From the IMG/VR virus record IMGVR_UViG_3300031176_000060, positions 1-43,768 of that record: a stretch of DNA of 43,768 nt. One strand, written 5' to 3'. This document shows, piece by piece, positions 43,170 through 43,768 of this stretch. The DNA is from a virus. Taxonomy: Duplodnaviria > Caudoviricetes. The position numbers and the translations under genes are program-made. Numbering within the stretch: position 1 is the first letter of the stretch; each line of letters begins with the position of its first letter. The notes beneath the pieces are model-generated. The model worked only from the letters and a program-made list of their open reading frames with translations. It made no database searches and was not told the DNA's origin.

Positions 43170-43358
43170 TTACCTTAAGAATCCATCTTCCATCAAATGG
43201 TGAATTAACTTTCCAAGTTCAGCAGCACCCTTTATTACCTCCGGCAAGACCTTCAGTTCTTCGTCGGAGGCTCCGTTCTCACACTTGTCTTGTATCCAAG
43301 TAAAAACTGATTGTGCAGTCTCAGTGATACGGAGCAGCGTTTGCTCATTTTGGTTCAT
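43170..43358 (-). CDS. Hypothetical protein
   Basis: GGAGGTG RBS; EELKVLPEV. Confidence 0.65.
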   Translation of the reverse strand: MNQNEQTLLRITETAQSVFTWIQDKCENGASDEELKVLPEVIKGAAELGKLIHHLMEDGFLR

Positions 43359-43389
43359 AAGATCCACCTCCTTTACTGGGGTTGGCACT

Positions 43390-43554
43390 CTACTTTTTCC
43401 CGGTACCTTTCGGGCGTTTGGACGGGTTAATCGAGCGTTTGAACAGCCCGGTTAGATTTGTGGACTGCGGTACCATCAGTTTCGGGACATTGCCTTGCAG
43501 CGCTTCGTGAAGAAAGCGATCCAAGTTTCCCGGCAACTTTTTGGGTTCGTTCAT
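43390..43554 (-). CDS. Hypothetical protein
   Basis: AGGAGG RBS before ATG 43554. Confidence 0.55.
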   Translation of the reverse strand: MNEPKKLPGNLDRFLHEALQGNVPKLMVPQSTNLTGLFKRSINPSKRPKGTGKK

Positions 43555-43567
43555 TCGGGACCTCCTT

Positions 43568-43768
43568 TCATGCGGATTGTTGTTCTTCGTCAAGCAGATC
43601 GGCGACGCTGACGCCGAGGGCGCGGGCAAGGTTTTTCAGAATCCTGACCGTAGGACTAACTCGACCGTTTTCTATATCGCTAATCAGCGATTGGGACACA
43701 TTTGCTGATACGCTTAACTCCGTTTGCGTCATGCCTTTCAATTCTCGGAGTGCCCGGAGTTTCTTCAT
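43568..43768 (-). CDS. Cro-like XRE-family repressor
   Basis: LRELKGMTQTELS....VSQSLISDIENG...P....LA.ALGV; first gene of lytic operon. Confidence 0.92.
   Translation of the reverse strand: MKKLRALRELKGMTQTELSVSANVSQSLISDIENGRVSPTVRILKNLARALGVSVADLLDEEQQSA

Larger units (their letters stand above)
1..43768 (-). mobile_element. Temperate myovirus-type prophage (partial; integrase/CI end outside window)
   Basis: Canonical module order on the minus strand: Cro, RecT/YqaJ, DnaD initiator, RusA, terminase, portal, capsid, sheath/tube, tape measure, baseplate, holin/amidase. Confidence 0.97.

Overview
The whole window is most of a temperate, contractile-tailed (PBSX/Xkd-like) prophage of a moderately GC-rich Bacillales host. 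Brevibacillus/Paenibacillaceae is an inference only. It is read mainly on the minus strand, from right to left: Cro-like HTH and early genes, YqaJ/RecT recombination, a DnaD-domain initiator with iterons, BRO antirepressors, RusA, a short tyrosine recombinase, an accessory region, a sigma-like late activator, a ParB-N/DNA methylase, terminase, SPP1-type portal and head (with its own Prp protease), tail/baseplate/fibre, and lysis genes. Right-end morons and a LexA-boxed WYL/YolD-like gene follow. The integrase/repressor end lies outside the window. The most striking unexplained structure lies directly downstream of the 180-aa tyrosine recombinase (30.9-33.1 kb): seven directly oriented 28-bp sites (11-6-11, imperfect inverted arms TT(A/T)AC-N14-GTTAA) sit at gene boundaries and separate one- to three-gene modules, which suggests a phage-borne integron/pdif-like cassette system. 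Also seen: a dif-like site between terL and portal, two candidate structured ncRNAs, a type I toxin-antitoxin locus inside the tail operon, and two low-GC candidate defence morons. All calls come from manual reading of the sequence; no searches were run.
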